The notes under the pieces are model-generated. The model did not search any database, had not been told where the DNA came from, and was given only the letters and a program-made list of their open reading frames with translations. Shown here one piece after another: positions 6,914-15,237 of a stretch of 25,435 bases of DNA. The DNA comes from a virus (Duplodnaviria; Caudoviricetes). The first letter of the stretch is position 1; every line of letters starts with the position of its first letter. The translations under genes and the position numbers were made by a program. The stretch spans positions 1 through 25,435 of IMG/VR virus record IMGVR_UViG_3300020043_003733. One strand, 5' to 3'.

Positions 6914-7480
6914 CTATGTCCTACTTACTAGAAAACCCGACATGTGTGTTGCAAATGCACCAGTACCACCTGCTACTGCAGATGAAGCGTGAAACAACTC
7001 TACATACTCACCAGCAGTAAGTTGAGCCAAAACACTACAAGCACTGGAAAAAGGTACAGCAACAGCATTAGAAATATTTGTGTCGTTTCTCGCAAGTTCT
7101 GTACCACCACTACCATTTTTATATATAGCTACAAATACTCTATTTGTATTACCATTAATAGTAACATTTGCATTTAATTGGTAGAAACCGTTTACTGGCA
7201 CATTGTAACGATAGTTTGTCGTACTATCAAAATTACCATTAGTATCAAAAGTTTCAGCATTAAGATTTACTTTTGTTAGTCCAGCAGCAGCAGTCCATGC
7301 ACTACTTCTATAAGCACTAAACTTATATGGATTGCTATCAGTAGTCAGCAAATCTTTCTTTAAGCCAAAGATTCCAGTTCCATCATTAAAACTAGCGTCA
7401 TTAGTTCCTAATATGTTCCACTTTGCAGCAGAGGGAAGTCATTGCTCCCCAAAGACGACAGACCATGCTGAATACGCCAT
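6914..7480 (-). CDS. C1q/TNF-like domain tail fibre or spike protein, interrupted by an in-frame TGA at codon 14
   Basis: AAGGAG SD plus ATG 7480: MAYSAWSVVFGEQ*LPSAAKWNILGTNDASFNDGTGIFGLKKD runs in frame into the 6914-7351 ORF. FSAY...ETFDTNGNFDSTTNYRYNVPVNGFYQLNANV...LTAGEYVEL...MSGFLV is a C1q-like signature. Confidence 0.7.
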
Positions 7481-7487
7481 TGAGGAG

Positions 7488-7535
7488 CTACTCCTTTCTT
7501 TCTAGAACAATAGTGTTCAACTTAAAAGTTTTCAT
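7488..7535 (-). CDS. 15-aa leader peptide (uORF)
   Basis: MKTFKLNTIVLERKE*; the ATG lies 7 nt after the putative -10, and its TAG is the loop of AGGAG-TAG-CTCCT. Confidence 0.45.
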   Translation of the reverse strand: MKTFKLNTIVLERKE

Positions 7536-7542
7536 ACTTCAT

Positions 7543-7578
7543 TTATTACATATAAATCAAATACTCGTCAAGAAGTCT
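7543..7578 (-). promoter_or_regulatory. Repeated late-promoter element, copy 1
   Basis: AGACTTCTTGACGA; TTGACG-N17-TAATAA. Confidence 0.7.
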
Positions 7579-8103
7579 TTAAATTTTCCATTCTTTTAGT
7601 TTATAAGTAGATATATAATTACAGTCTTTACATAGTGTCCTACCATTATCTATATCAAACCTGAATTCAGGGTATTTACTAAATCCCTTAATATGGTCTG
7701 CTATTAGATTGCCACCATGCTTGCCACATAATACGCAAGTATAATTATCTCTGCTAAACACTCTCTCTCGCCACGATCTATATTCCCTAGACTTTCTTAT
7801 TTTTTCATTTATTGGCGTTATGCCACCTTTCCAATTCCTATGATTAGCTCCTCTAGCACCATACAATGGTCTATATTCCATACTTTTTGTTTTTTGAATT
7901 GCTTTTTTTGTAGATTCCATTTTATCTCTACCATTCTTATATTGGTGTTTAGCACAGCAAGACATATTACAATATCTTTTTCCATTGTCTTTTCTAAAAC
8001 CAAACCCACCTTTAAAACAATATGCACACAAAAAAGGATACAATGTTTTCATTCTACCCGATTTAGTTATTATTTGTTTTGTGTATGGTAATTTTGCTGG
8101 CAT
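7579..8103 (-). CDS. HNH homing endonuclease
   Basis: CAYC...RYCNMSC zinc finger, NHRNWKGG, RDNYTCVLCG...ADHIK...DNGRTLCKDCN. Confidence 0.9.
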   Translation of the reverse strand: MPAKLPYTKQIITKSGRMKTLYPFLCAYCFKGGFGFRKDNGKRYCNMSCCAKHQYKNGRDKMESTKKAIQKTKSMEYRPLYGARGANHRNWKGGITPINEKIRKSREYRSWRERVFSRDNYTCVLCGKHGGNLIADHIKGFSKYPEFRFDIDNGRTLCKDCNYISTYKLKEWKI

Positions 8104-8405
8104 TAAACCGGTTTCATCAAAAACTTTTTCTCGTCTTTTATATTTAACCCTTTTATTATATCATTTATTGCCTGTTTATTACCACTTGTAACCAGTTCTT
8201 TTATATATGCTTCTTCTTGTTTGCCAATTCTGCTATCGTTTGAGCATGAACACTCCCAACCCCATCTCTCATCTTTACGCCATCTGCCGGCTAGTAGATT
8301 GGTACTAGCACCTTTGCCATAGTTAATGATCGCATGGCTGTTGTCATCTATTAGCAAGATGTCGCTTTGCTTGCACTTTAGACAGGTTACTTCGTATCGT
8401 TTCAT
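8103..8405 (-). CDS. Putative zinc-binding hypothetical protein (100 aa)
   Basis: CLKC and WECSC motifs; ATG 7 nt after the -10 of promoter copy 2, with no SD. Confidence 0.7.
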   Translation of the reverse strand: MKRYEVTCLKCKQSDILLIDDNSHAIINYGKGASTNLLAGRWRKDERWGWECSCSNDSRIGKQEEAYIKELVTSGNKQAINDIIKGLNIKDEKKFLMKPV

Positions 8406-8412
8406 ATAATTA

Positions 8413-8448
8413 CTATTACCTATTTATGATTATTTCGTCAAGAAGTCT
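8413..8448 (-). promoter_or_regulatory. Repeated late-promoter element, copy 2
   Basis: AGACTTCTTGACGA; TTGACG-N17-TAATAG. Confidence 0.7.
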
Positions 8449-8450
8449 AG

Positions 8451-8885
8451 CTAGAATTTGCCCTGTATTAGATTGTCATTTATCTTCGTAGAGTAAATAA
8501 CACAATAAACAGTGTATGTGTCAGTCAGTCCACCACCTCTTTTATTAACATTGCAGGTTATATATTGTATTCTTCTAAAGTTACCATCACCAACATCAAC
8601 ATCTTCACTGCTTCCATAGTGGAATATATTCAGGTCAAATGCTATGCTAGAGTTAATATTTATATATGGTGATGTGTATAGCCTACCAGTTTGATTATTT
8701 TTAACATACACCTCAAATAGTGTATTAACATCTGCCTTAATCTGATTTAAGGTAAAAGATACTGTGCCGATAGAAAAAGAGCCAGAAGTTACATTAGTTG
8801 TAAGAGTTGCAAAATCCCTATATATAACTCTTGGCTTATCTTGGTTACTATCTAAAAATGTTTTATCAGTTGTTTCACTATTCAA
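8451..8885 (-). CDS. Putative tail-tip protein, paralog 3
   Basis: TTG start overlapping the upstream TGA, GAGGTG SD; N-terminal SETTDKT..DSN and C-terminal VIYS. Confidence 0.7.
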   Translation of the reverse strand: MNSETTDKTFLDSNQDKPRVIYRDFATLTTNVTSGSFSIGTVSFTLNQIKADVNTLFEVYVKNNQTGRLYTSPYININSSIAFDLNIFHYGSSEDVDVGDGNFRRIQYITCNVNKRGGGLTDTYTVYCVIYSTKINDNLIQGKF

Positions 8886-9295
8886 AATACCACCTCATCA
8901 GTAAAAGACGCAGAATAAATAACATAATACGCCTTGTATATATAGCCTGTTAGAAAATAATTTGTAGTTTCAAAGTTTAGTCTAACTACAGTCTTGCCAT
9001 TGTATGTAGTAGTGTCTAAATAATGATTTGCTGTAATAGCCGGAAGTCCATTAGTGAATACACTCAAATAATCCATCTTATAAATCTCATAATCAGTACC
9101 ATCTGCTGTTTGTGCAAAGTAACAATCTATTATTGGGTTTGAGCTTGCTAATATATTATTTAGCGTGGCTGTGGCTGTTGCTTTGTAATGCGTTCCATAA
9201 GCTGCAAAATCACCGAATGTTACTTCTCCTTTCTCGACCACTCTAGGAATAAGTGGATTTGTATCACCAATAGTTCTGTTTGTAGTTTCACTCAT
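8882..9295 (-). CDS. Putative tail-tip protein, paralog 2
   Basis: Start moved to ATG 9295, 1 nt after the upstream stop; SETTNRT..DTN and VIYS. Confidence 0.7.
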   Translation of the reverse strand: MSETTNRTIGDTNPLIPRVVEKGEVTFGDFAAYGTHYKATATATLNNILASSNPIIDCYFAQTADGTDYEIYKMDYLSVFTNGLPAITANHYLDTTTYNGKTVVRLNFETTNYFLTGYIYKAYYVIYSASFTDEVVF

Positions 9296-9296
9296 A

Positions 9297-9764
9297 TTAA
9301 GTCCATATTGTGTTATTAGATAAGCTACTAGAATATATAACATCAAATGCCTGTATTGGTAGAGCAAAGGTCGCTTGCGTGGTGTAAATAAAATACCACA
9401 TCTGTATTGTATCTACGCCATAGTATGCCGAACTAAACATAGCACTATTACCAATTGTTTTTATATTACCACTAGTGGTGTCTACTTCCATAAAGTTTAT
9501 TGGTCTTATATACATTATAAAAGCAGAAAAGTGAAACTGATAAAATGTATCTCTGGCATAGTCATTAGTACCGGCCTTTTGATATGGCACTTGCCTTTCT
9601 ATATAGTAGTATTTATAACTACCAACTGTATTATATAAGGGTACTGTAGTATCTAATCTACTAACTACTTTTTTCTCGTCTACATTTGTATCTTCGGTAG
9701 TTCTATCTGTCGTTTCGTTGTTCATAAATATTCTCTTTAGTAGTTCTATAATCCATTTTAGCAT
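9297..9764 (-). CDS. Putative tail-tip protein, paralog 1 (alternative start 9725)
   Basis: TAATG coupling at 9764; NETTDRT..DTN and VIYS. Confidence 0.7.
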   Translation of the reverse strand: MLKWIIELLKRIFMNNETTDRTTEDTNVDEKKVVSRLDTTVPLYNTVGSYKYYYIERQVPYQKAGTNDYARDTFYQFHFSAFIMYIRPINFMEVDTTSGNIKTIGNSAMFSSAYYGVDTIQMWYFIYTTQATFALPIQAFDVIYSSSLSNNTIWT

Positions 9765-10327
9765 TATGGTGCAATCTTTTTTTCCAGTCTAACTTTATAA
9801 TCAGCAGATTTATGTCTGTGAATCTGGTTATGACATTTGTAACATAATGTTTGCAGATTACTCATACTGTTATTCCAATCCTTGCTTGATACTCCTCTTC
9901 TTTTGCCATGCCAATCAATGTGATGGACTAATAATCTCGTTCTTTTGTCCTCACCACAATTCTGGCACTTGTAGCCATCTCTGTCTAGGACTTTAAGTCT
10001 GATTTTAGTCCAGCCAGTACCGGCAATCTTGCTTGTATACTTTTCCCAAACAGCACTTCGTAATCTTTCTTTTGCTTCTGGGTTATCTCTATAGTATTTC
10101 TTTAGACTTTTAGATCGTTTAATTCTGGTTTCATCAGATTGTTTCTTGCCAGTAAGAGAAGCACGCATCTTTTCAAGAGAGTCTTTGTTCCAAACCGGAT
10201 TGTCTGCTTTGTTTCTTTCAGTAACATCTGGTCTTTTACGACCGAACTTCGCTTTTTCTGCACATTCTCTTGAGCAATATTTTGCTCTAATTCTTTTAGT
10301 CTGATTGGTGCAAATTAAGCATTTCAT
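9764..10327 (-). CDS. HNH homing endonuclease with NUMOD3-like repeats
   Basis: CLIC...KYCSREC, SDETRIKRSKSLK, RDGYKCQNCG...VHHID...SNLQTLCYKCHNQIH. Likely start is ATG 10327. Confidence 0.9.
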   Translation of the reverse strand: MKCLICTNQTKRIRAKYCSRECAEKAKFGRKRPDVTERNKADNPVWNKDSLEKMRASLTGKKQSDETRIKRSKSLKKYYRDNPEAKERLRSAVWEKYTSKIAGTGWTKIRLKVLDRDGYKCQNCGEDKRTRLLVHHIDWHGKRRGVSSKDWNNSMSNLQTLCYKCHNQIHRHKSADYKVRLEKKIAP

Positions 10328-10333
10328 ATTGTT

Positions 10334-10370
10334 ATTATAGCAAGGTGCTATATGTATAGTCAAGGTGCTA
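10334..10370 (-). promoter_or_regulatory. HNH promoter with a 10-bp direct repeat
   Basis: TTGACT-N18-TATAAT with extended -10 TG; TAGCACCTTG at 10341-10350 and 10361-10370; ATG 6 nt after the -10. Confidence 0.75.
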
Positions 10371-11915
10371 TGGTGCGATTTTATCGCTAGAACCAATCGT
10401 ACTAATACCAATTCTAAAGTAGCTATTTATAGTACGCTGTAAGACCTTTAGCGTCTGGGTAAAGCCACCACTTGGTGATATGTTAGTTTTAATGTTATAT
10501 ACACGCCAGTATCGACCCTGCCAACTAATCAAATCGCCTAGTTGCAACTCTGGCAATGCTCTGATTGTAATCTCTTGTATGTTCTCGATATCTGAATAAT
10601 CGTTAAGTACCATTTGAGCAAAGCTATTTGCCCAGCTTTCGGATTGTATATAGTCATTCTCAATCTTGTATGGTCGTTCTTCATAGGCTGTTACCGAGCT
10701 ATCGTCTTTAAGTCTGGTGTAAATCTCATTAGCTACCTTTGCTGGTCTGCCATATAGTGTCATAGCAGTTACATAAGCTATGCTAGTAGTATTATTTTGC
10801 AGTACTATCTTACAAGCCTTTGCAAACTTATCAAATGATTTTAGCGACACACTAGATGTTAAATCAGTTCCACTACCATCTGATTGGTCATTAGCTACAT
10901 ATACCGGATTATCAATTGAGAGCATTGGGTCATCAAAGTTTACAAATATATCTATCGTACTATTGGCTGGTATCTCTTTATAACCGGACTGCGTGAATAC
11001 CAACTGATTCGGTTGCTTGGCTCTCGGTTTAGATTTCACTTCCACTACATTTATCAGATGGCTGTCATTCGGTGCTTTAGCTTCAATCACTTGACTAGTA
11101 GCAATCACTCTTTGCACTTGAGTATATGGTGCTGAATCCCAATGCTGTCTGTTCTCAAAGCGTATCTTACCTGTTTCATCTTGGTATAGGTGTCCATTCT
11201 CGGCTTGCACTATCTGATTTACAATGTCGATCCATTTAGTACCAATTTCAAATAGTCCGAATGGCACGATCTGAATACCATAATCAAAGTCATATTGGCT
11301 AGTAGCAAAGCCCAGATTAGTAAAGATATTTTCTAGTACTTCATCAGTCCGCAAGCCAGTAAACATTGCAGTATCATCTACATATTTATTCTCGAGATAT
11401 CCTACAAAATCCTCTGCCTTAAACTTGGCTCGCTTCTCTCTAGTCGATATCTCTGGCACTTTATTAGTCAGTCCTACAAACTGTGGCACTGTCTGGTCTA
11501 CACCATTGTAATTAAATCCAGCATTGATTGTTACTGGTCGGCGTGGTTTTTGCACAGCAGTATAGGTTTCGGCATTAGTACCGCCCATAAAGCGTGGTGT
11601 GAAGCGTCCTGAAGTGTTCTCAAGCTCGAAATCAGCCAAAGCCTTACTCACACCCCCGATTGGCTGATTGAGCCCTCTATCATAGCTTAATTGCGTTAAA
11701 TAGGCACTCTCGTCTGTGTACCGATATTTATTCCAAGCACTAGGCGAAGCGTCATCAGTTGGTATAATATCTGTTCCACCAATCGTCGATACGCCAATCG
11801 TAAAGAATATAACACTACTATTAAATGATTTCTTCCAAGATACTTGCGTACTAGCAACAATCTTGCGAGTAGTATCTCGTTCTTCAGCAGTCCAACCAGT
11901 AGCTACCGATAACAT
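10368..11915 (-). CDS. Tail tip/hub protein (515 aa)
   Basis: Position after TMP and the Dit-like gene; LENTSGRFTP, GHLYQDETGKIRFENR, LPELQLGDLI are typical of siphovirus hub proteins. Confidence 0.7.
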   Translation of the reverse strand: MLSVATGWTAEERDTTRKIVASTQVSWKKSFNSSVIFFTIGVSTIGGTDIIPTDDASPSAWNKYRYTDESAYLTQLSYDRGLNQPIGGVSKALADFELENTSGRFTPRFMGGTNAETYTAVQKPRRPVTINAGFNYNGVDQTVPQFVGLTNKVPEISTREKRAKFKAEDFVGYLENKYVDDTAMFTGLRTDEVLENIFTNLGFATSQYDFDYGIQIVPFGLFEIGTKWIDIVNQIVQAENGHLYQDETGKIRFENRQHWDSAPYTQVQRVIATSQVIEAKAPNDSHLINVVEVKSKPRAKQPNQLVFTQSGYKEIPANSTIDIFVNFDDPMLSIDNPVYVANDQSDGSGTDLTSSVSLKSFDKFAKACKIVLQNNTTSIAYVTAMTLYGRPAKVANEIYTRLKDDSSVTAYEERPYKIENDYIQSESWANSFAQMVLNDYSDIENIQEITIRALPELQLGDLISWQGRYWRVYNIKTNISPSGGFTQTLKVLQRTINSYFRIGISTIGSSDKIAP

Positions 11916-11916
11916 T

Positions 11917-12273
11917 TTACGCTTCCGTTAGTATTACACTAAAGCTCGATATATAATCTTCACCACCAACACTAAACCCCCTATCATCTATGTTGATATG
12001 CACATTAGTACTAGCAATCGTGTAATTAGTTTCGGTACTCACAAATGGTACTGCTGTGCCGGTAGTTGTATAAGTATCATAAACAGCTTTAATAGTATCG
12101 TAGCTTGCCTTTGGTATATTCTGATATGACAATTTCCAGACACGCTTATTAGTTCCGAAGTAATCTCTACCGATAGTGCCTTGTAATGTACGCTGTTGAG
12201 CATACTGAATATTATCTACCTTTTCGGTGATTGAGTTTGGTGCTTTGATTGTGTTTCCATTTAGTGCGTACAT
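11917..12273 (-). CDS. Distal tail (Dit)-like protein
   Basis: First structural gene after TMP; beta-rich, RTLQGT...KRVWKLSY...LTEA; AAGGA SD. Confidence 0.6.
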   Translation of the reverse strand: MYALNGNTIKAPNSITEKVDNIQYAQQRTLQGTIGRDYFGTNKRVWKLSYQNIPKASYDTIKAVYDTYTTTGTAVPFVSTETNYTIASTNVHINIDDRGFSVGGEDYISSFSVILTEA

Positions 12274-12290
12274 ATGATATAATCCTTTAT

Positions 12291-12815
12291 ATGCCTATTA
12301 TTTTTAATCGTAACTGTAACTGGTGCAAAAAGCACTATTCTGGTGAGGGTAAAAAGTTTTGTTCTCATAAATGCTCTACCCTTTATAGACATTCTATCAG
12401 TAAGTTTGGCATACAAAAAGGTCAAGCTCTTACTGCTACTATCAAGCCAAGAAAATGTACCCTTTGTAACACTATGTTCAAACCCAAACTCGATAAAAGA
12501 ATATATTGCAGTAAAAAATGTTCTACTGCTAATATGTCTGGCAATAATCACCCCAACTGGCGTGGTGGTAAGAGCATGACATCTAATGGCTATGTAGTTA
12601 AGTGGATAAACACCAGAGAGAGAATGCTTGAGCATAGATATGTAATGCAACAACATATAGGTCGTGTTCTTGGCAAGAGTGAGCATGTACATCATATAAA
12701 TGGTGATAAGACTGACAACAGAATAGAAAACTTGCAACTGTTGAGCCACGCTGAACACAATAAACTTCACGCCAAAGAGCAATGGTCTGGTGATGGTGTT
12801 TTGAGAAATCGCTAA
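12291..12815 (+). CDS. HNH homing endonuclease (HNH_3 type), antisense to the tail operon
   Basis: Two CxxC...[FY]CSxKC fingers, NHPNWRGG, EHRYVMQQHIGR...VHHINGDKTDNRIENL. TG-A-TATAAT at 12275-12283 lies 7 nt before ATG 12291. Confidence 0.9.
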   Translation: MPIIFNRNCNWCKKHYSGEGKKFCSHKCSTLYRHSISKFGIQKGQALTATIKPRKCTLCNTMFKPKLDKRIYCSKKCSTANMSGNNHPNWRGGKSMTSNGYVVKWINTRERMLEHRYVMQQHIGRVLGKSEHVHHINGDKTDNRIENLQLLSHAEHNKLHAKEQWSGDGVLRNR

Positions 12816-12819
12816 CATC

Positions 12820-14700
12820 TTATGCTCCTATTAACTGTCCGACTGTTTGACCACGCTGGCTGGCAATGTCCTGCAAATCTTCAAACATCTTCATTGCTGC
12901 TTCTCGTCTTTCGATTGCCGAGCCAGTCATTAGTCCGACATTTATATTTATTGTAGTTGAGCCACCACCAGTGGTTGCGATCTGATTGTTTGGTATAACA
13001 TCACTGCCTTTTGGTAGATTGACTAATTCCGGTCCACGCTCACCTACTATTGCCAATCCACCACCGAAGTTCTCAACACCCCTAGCAAATCTTGGCAATC
13101 TGACTTTTGGTGCACCTGGTAATCCTGCAAATGCTCCATTTATAGCACCTTCCATAAATCCTAATACTGCATTGGCAATAGACTTACCAATACTGCCCCA
13201 ATCGAGATTTCGTATGCCATTTATCATATTCATAAATGCACCTGGTATTTTGCTTAACATATTAGTCAAAGCATTATATATAGTGTTCCATATTCCACCC
13301 CAATCAATGTTTCTAATATAATTTACAACCCACATTATCGCACTAGCTATATAGAATGGTATCTTTATAGGTAAAGTAGCAAAGAATCCCAGTATTGAGC
13401 CAATCACTTCCCAGAAATTATTTTTTAGATAATTAGCTCTATCAACTACAAATGCTATACCATTCTTGATTTGTTCTACTACCCAAGTAAATCCCTGCCC
13501 AAGCCACGATATAGCTTGTACTACTAACTTGATAGCACCAATGAATACCATTATTGAGCCTAGTATTACTACTCCGATAACAATAGCCAGTGCTTGTAAT
13601 GCCGGTATAATCCAGTTCTTATTTTTATCCCAGAACTCTTGTAATACTGGTATTAGTTGAGTTTGTATAGTGTTCCATAAATCCATTAAAGCTGGTTTTA
13701 TATATGCGTTATATATATTTGTTATATTTTTCCAAACTTCTTCCCAACCACCGAAAGTTCCAACAAGCCAATTCACACCAACAGCTACTAATGCTATACC
13801 TGCTACTATTGCTGCAGCTATTAGTAACCACGGGCTTGCCACTGCATTAAGTCCTGCAAAAGCTATCATTAAAGCACCTACTGCAACAGTAGCAACTGCA
13901 ATCGCTGCACCAATGCCAACTATTGCAGTAACTAGTTGTGGGTTTTTATCAATCCATTCTTGTATTTTATCTACTACTGGTTGTATCTTTTCTACGAATG
14001 GCTGAAGTGCATTTGCAATTACCTGGCCAACCTGTTCCATTATATTGTCTAGTGCATTTCTAGCTATATCTAATTGACCGGCAAATGTTTTACCAGCTGC
14101 TTCTGCACTACCACCAAACTCGGTTTGAAGCTCTTGCAAGATTATCTTTTGAGCACCAGCAACATCACCTACATCAACCAGACTTTGTACCAAATCTTTC
14201 TGTGCGTCAGTCAATCTAACACCAACTCTTTGCAATGCAGTAACACCACGAACTGGGTCTTGCAATGCTTTACCGACTTGTATAGATGTAGATTTTAAGT
14301 CAGTACCCATAGCAGTAGCCATATCAAGCACTGCTTTAGTCGTATCTGGAAATATATCTTTGCCTATCTTGGTAAATGTTAATAGCATATTTTGAGCAAC
14401 ACCAATTTGCTCATCACTAAAGCGAGTTGTCTTTTGCAATGCACTCGCCAATCCATTCACTTCATCAGCGGTAACTCCAGCTATACCACCAGTAGATTTT
14501 AATACTGCGTTAAGTTGAGCACCAACAGCTTCACTTTCATTGAAAGAATTGACTGCCATTACACCAAAAGCAGTCATAGCTGCACCAGCTACTAATAAGC
14601 TACCACCAATAGCACCAATATTCTGTCCGAACTTGCTAACTACATCACTAGCATTATCTTCGGCGGTTATGACTGCTTTAATCTCTGCTGTTGCTGCCAT
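12820..14700 (-). CDS. Tape measure protein (626 aa)
   Basis: Ala/Gly-rich helical N-terminal region, hydrophobic middle, Trp-periodic repeats and C-terminal AIVGERGPELV; follows the chaperone genes. Confidence 0.92.
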   Translation of the reverse strand: MAATAEIKAVITAEDNASDVVSKFGQNIGAIGGSLLVAGAAMTAFGVMAVNSFNESEAVGAQLNAVLKSTGGIAGVTADEVNGLASALQKTTRFSDEQIGVAQNMLLTFTKIGKDIFPDTTKAVLDMATAMGTDLKSTSIQVGKALQDPVRGVTALQRVGVRLTDAQKDLVQSLVDVGDVAGAQKIILQELQTEFGGSAEAAGKTFAGQLDIARNALDNIMEQVGQVIANALQPFVEKIQPVVDKIQEWIDKNPQLVTAIVGIGAAIAVATVAVGALMIAFAGLNAVASPWLLIAAAIVAGIALVAVGVNWLVGTFGGWEEVWKNITNIYNAYIKPALMDLWNTIQTQLIPVLQEFWDKNKNWIIPALQALAIVIGVVILGSIMVFIGAIKLVVQAISWLGQGFTWVVEQIKNGIAFVVDRANYLKNNFWEVIGSILGFFATLPIKIPFYIASAIMWVVNYIRNIDWGGIWNTIYNALTNMLSKIPGAFMNMINGIRNLDWGSIGKSIANAVLGFMEGAINGAFAGLPGAPKVRLPRFARGVENFGGGLAIVGERGPELVNLPKGSDVIPNNQIATTGGGSTTININVGLMTGSAIERREAAMKMFEDLQDIASQRGQTVGQLIGA

Positions 14701-14906
14701 TATTGTTTAGATTTCTCCATCTCAATTCGTTCTCTTTCTTGAGTATAACTATAAATAAGCAGATTCGTAAAGAAGTCTGTAATCGGCTCTTCTTCTAATT
14801 GTTTAGCAGATAATTTGAATAACTTGCGATAGTGATATTTCAGTAGTTCGATTGGCGGCTTGCCATTATGGAAGATACTATCAGCAAGTCGCCTTTTTAG
14901 TTTGGG
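14700..14906 (-). CDS. Tail assembly chaperone -1 frameshift extension (gpGT-like)
   Basis: Slippery C CCA AAC at 14906-14900 just before the TAA. The -1 frame PKLKRRLADSIF...EMEKSKQ* is open for 68 codons and its stop overlaps the TMP ATG. Confidence 0.8.
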   Translation of the reverse strand, partial: PKLKRRLADSIFHNGKPPIELLKYHYRKLFKLSAKQLEEEPITDFFTNLLIYSYTQERERIEMEKSKQ

Positions 14907-15214
14907 TTTTGGTCTTGTCCTGTTAGAGTCTTAAATACTGTTATCATTACATTCATATCAAAGTCGCCCAACTCTTCTTTCTTGACATCAAACAGCTCAT
15001 CATCTTCACCGATAAACTTACCTGATATGAATAAGTCTTGTAGTGTACTAGTGATAAATCCAACTGCTTTCTTTTCGTCTTTGTTCTCACCAGCTATTTC
15101 AACATACTTCTCGTAGTCTTTCATTGGTATAGTCTTAAACTCAAGATAACAATCTTTATAGTCTGCACCTATAAAATCCAAAGAGATTTTACGCTTTATT
15201 ACTATTCTGCTCAT
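14897..15214 (-). CDS. Tail assembly chaperone (gpG-like)
   Basis: 105 aa between major tail protein and TMP; AAGGA SD. Confidence 0.8.
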   Translation of the reverse strand: MSRIVIKRKISLDFIGADYKDCYLEFKTIPMKDYEKYVEIAGENKDEKKAVGFITSTLQDLFISGKFIGEDDELFDVKKEELGDFDMNVMITVFKTLTGQDQNPN

Positions 15215-15237
15215 TTGCTTTTTCCTTTCGTTAGTTG

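Noticed and set aside
7579-8130. Terminal duplication for the fourth HNH (LMKPV* versus KEWKI*)
   Set aside because: Similarity is too weak to claim; only the TAATG coupling and the position against the promoter motif are clear.
6914-9764. Diversity-generating retroelement or invertible tail-fibre cassette
   Set aside because: No reverse transcriptase, recombinase, TR/VR pair or flanking inverted repeats seen; paralog similarity is at protein level only.
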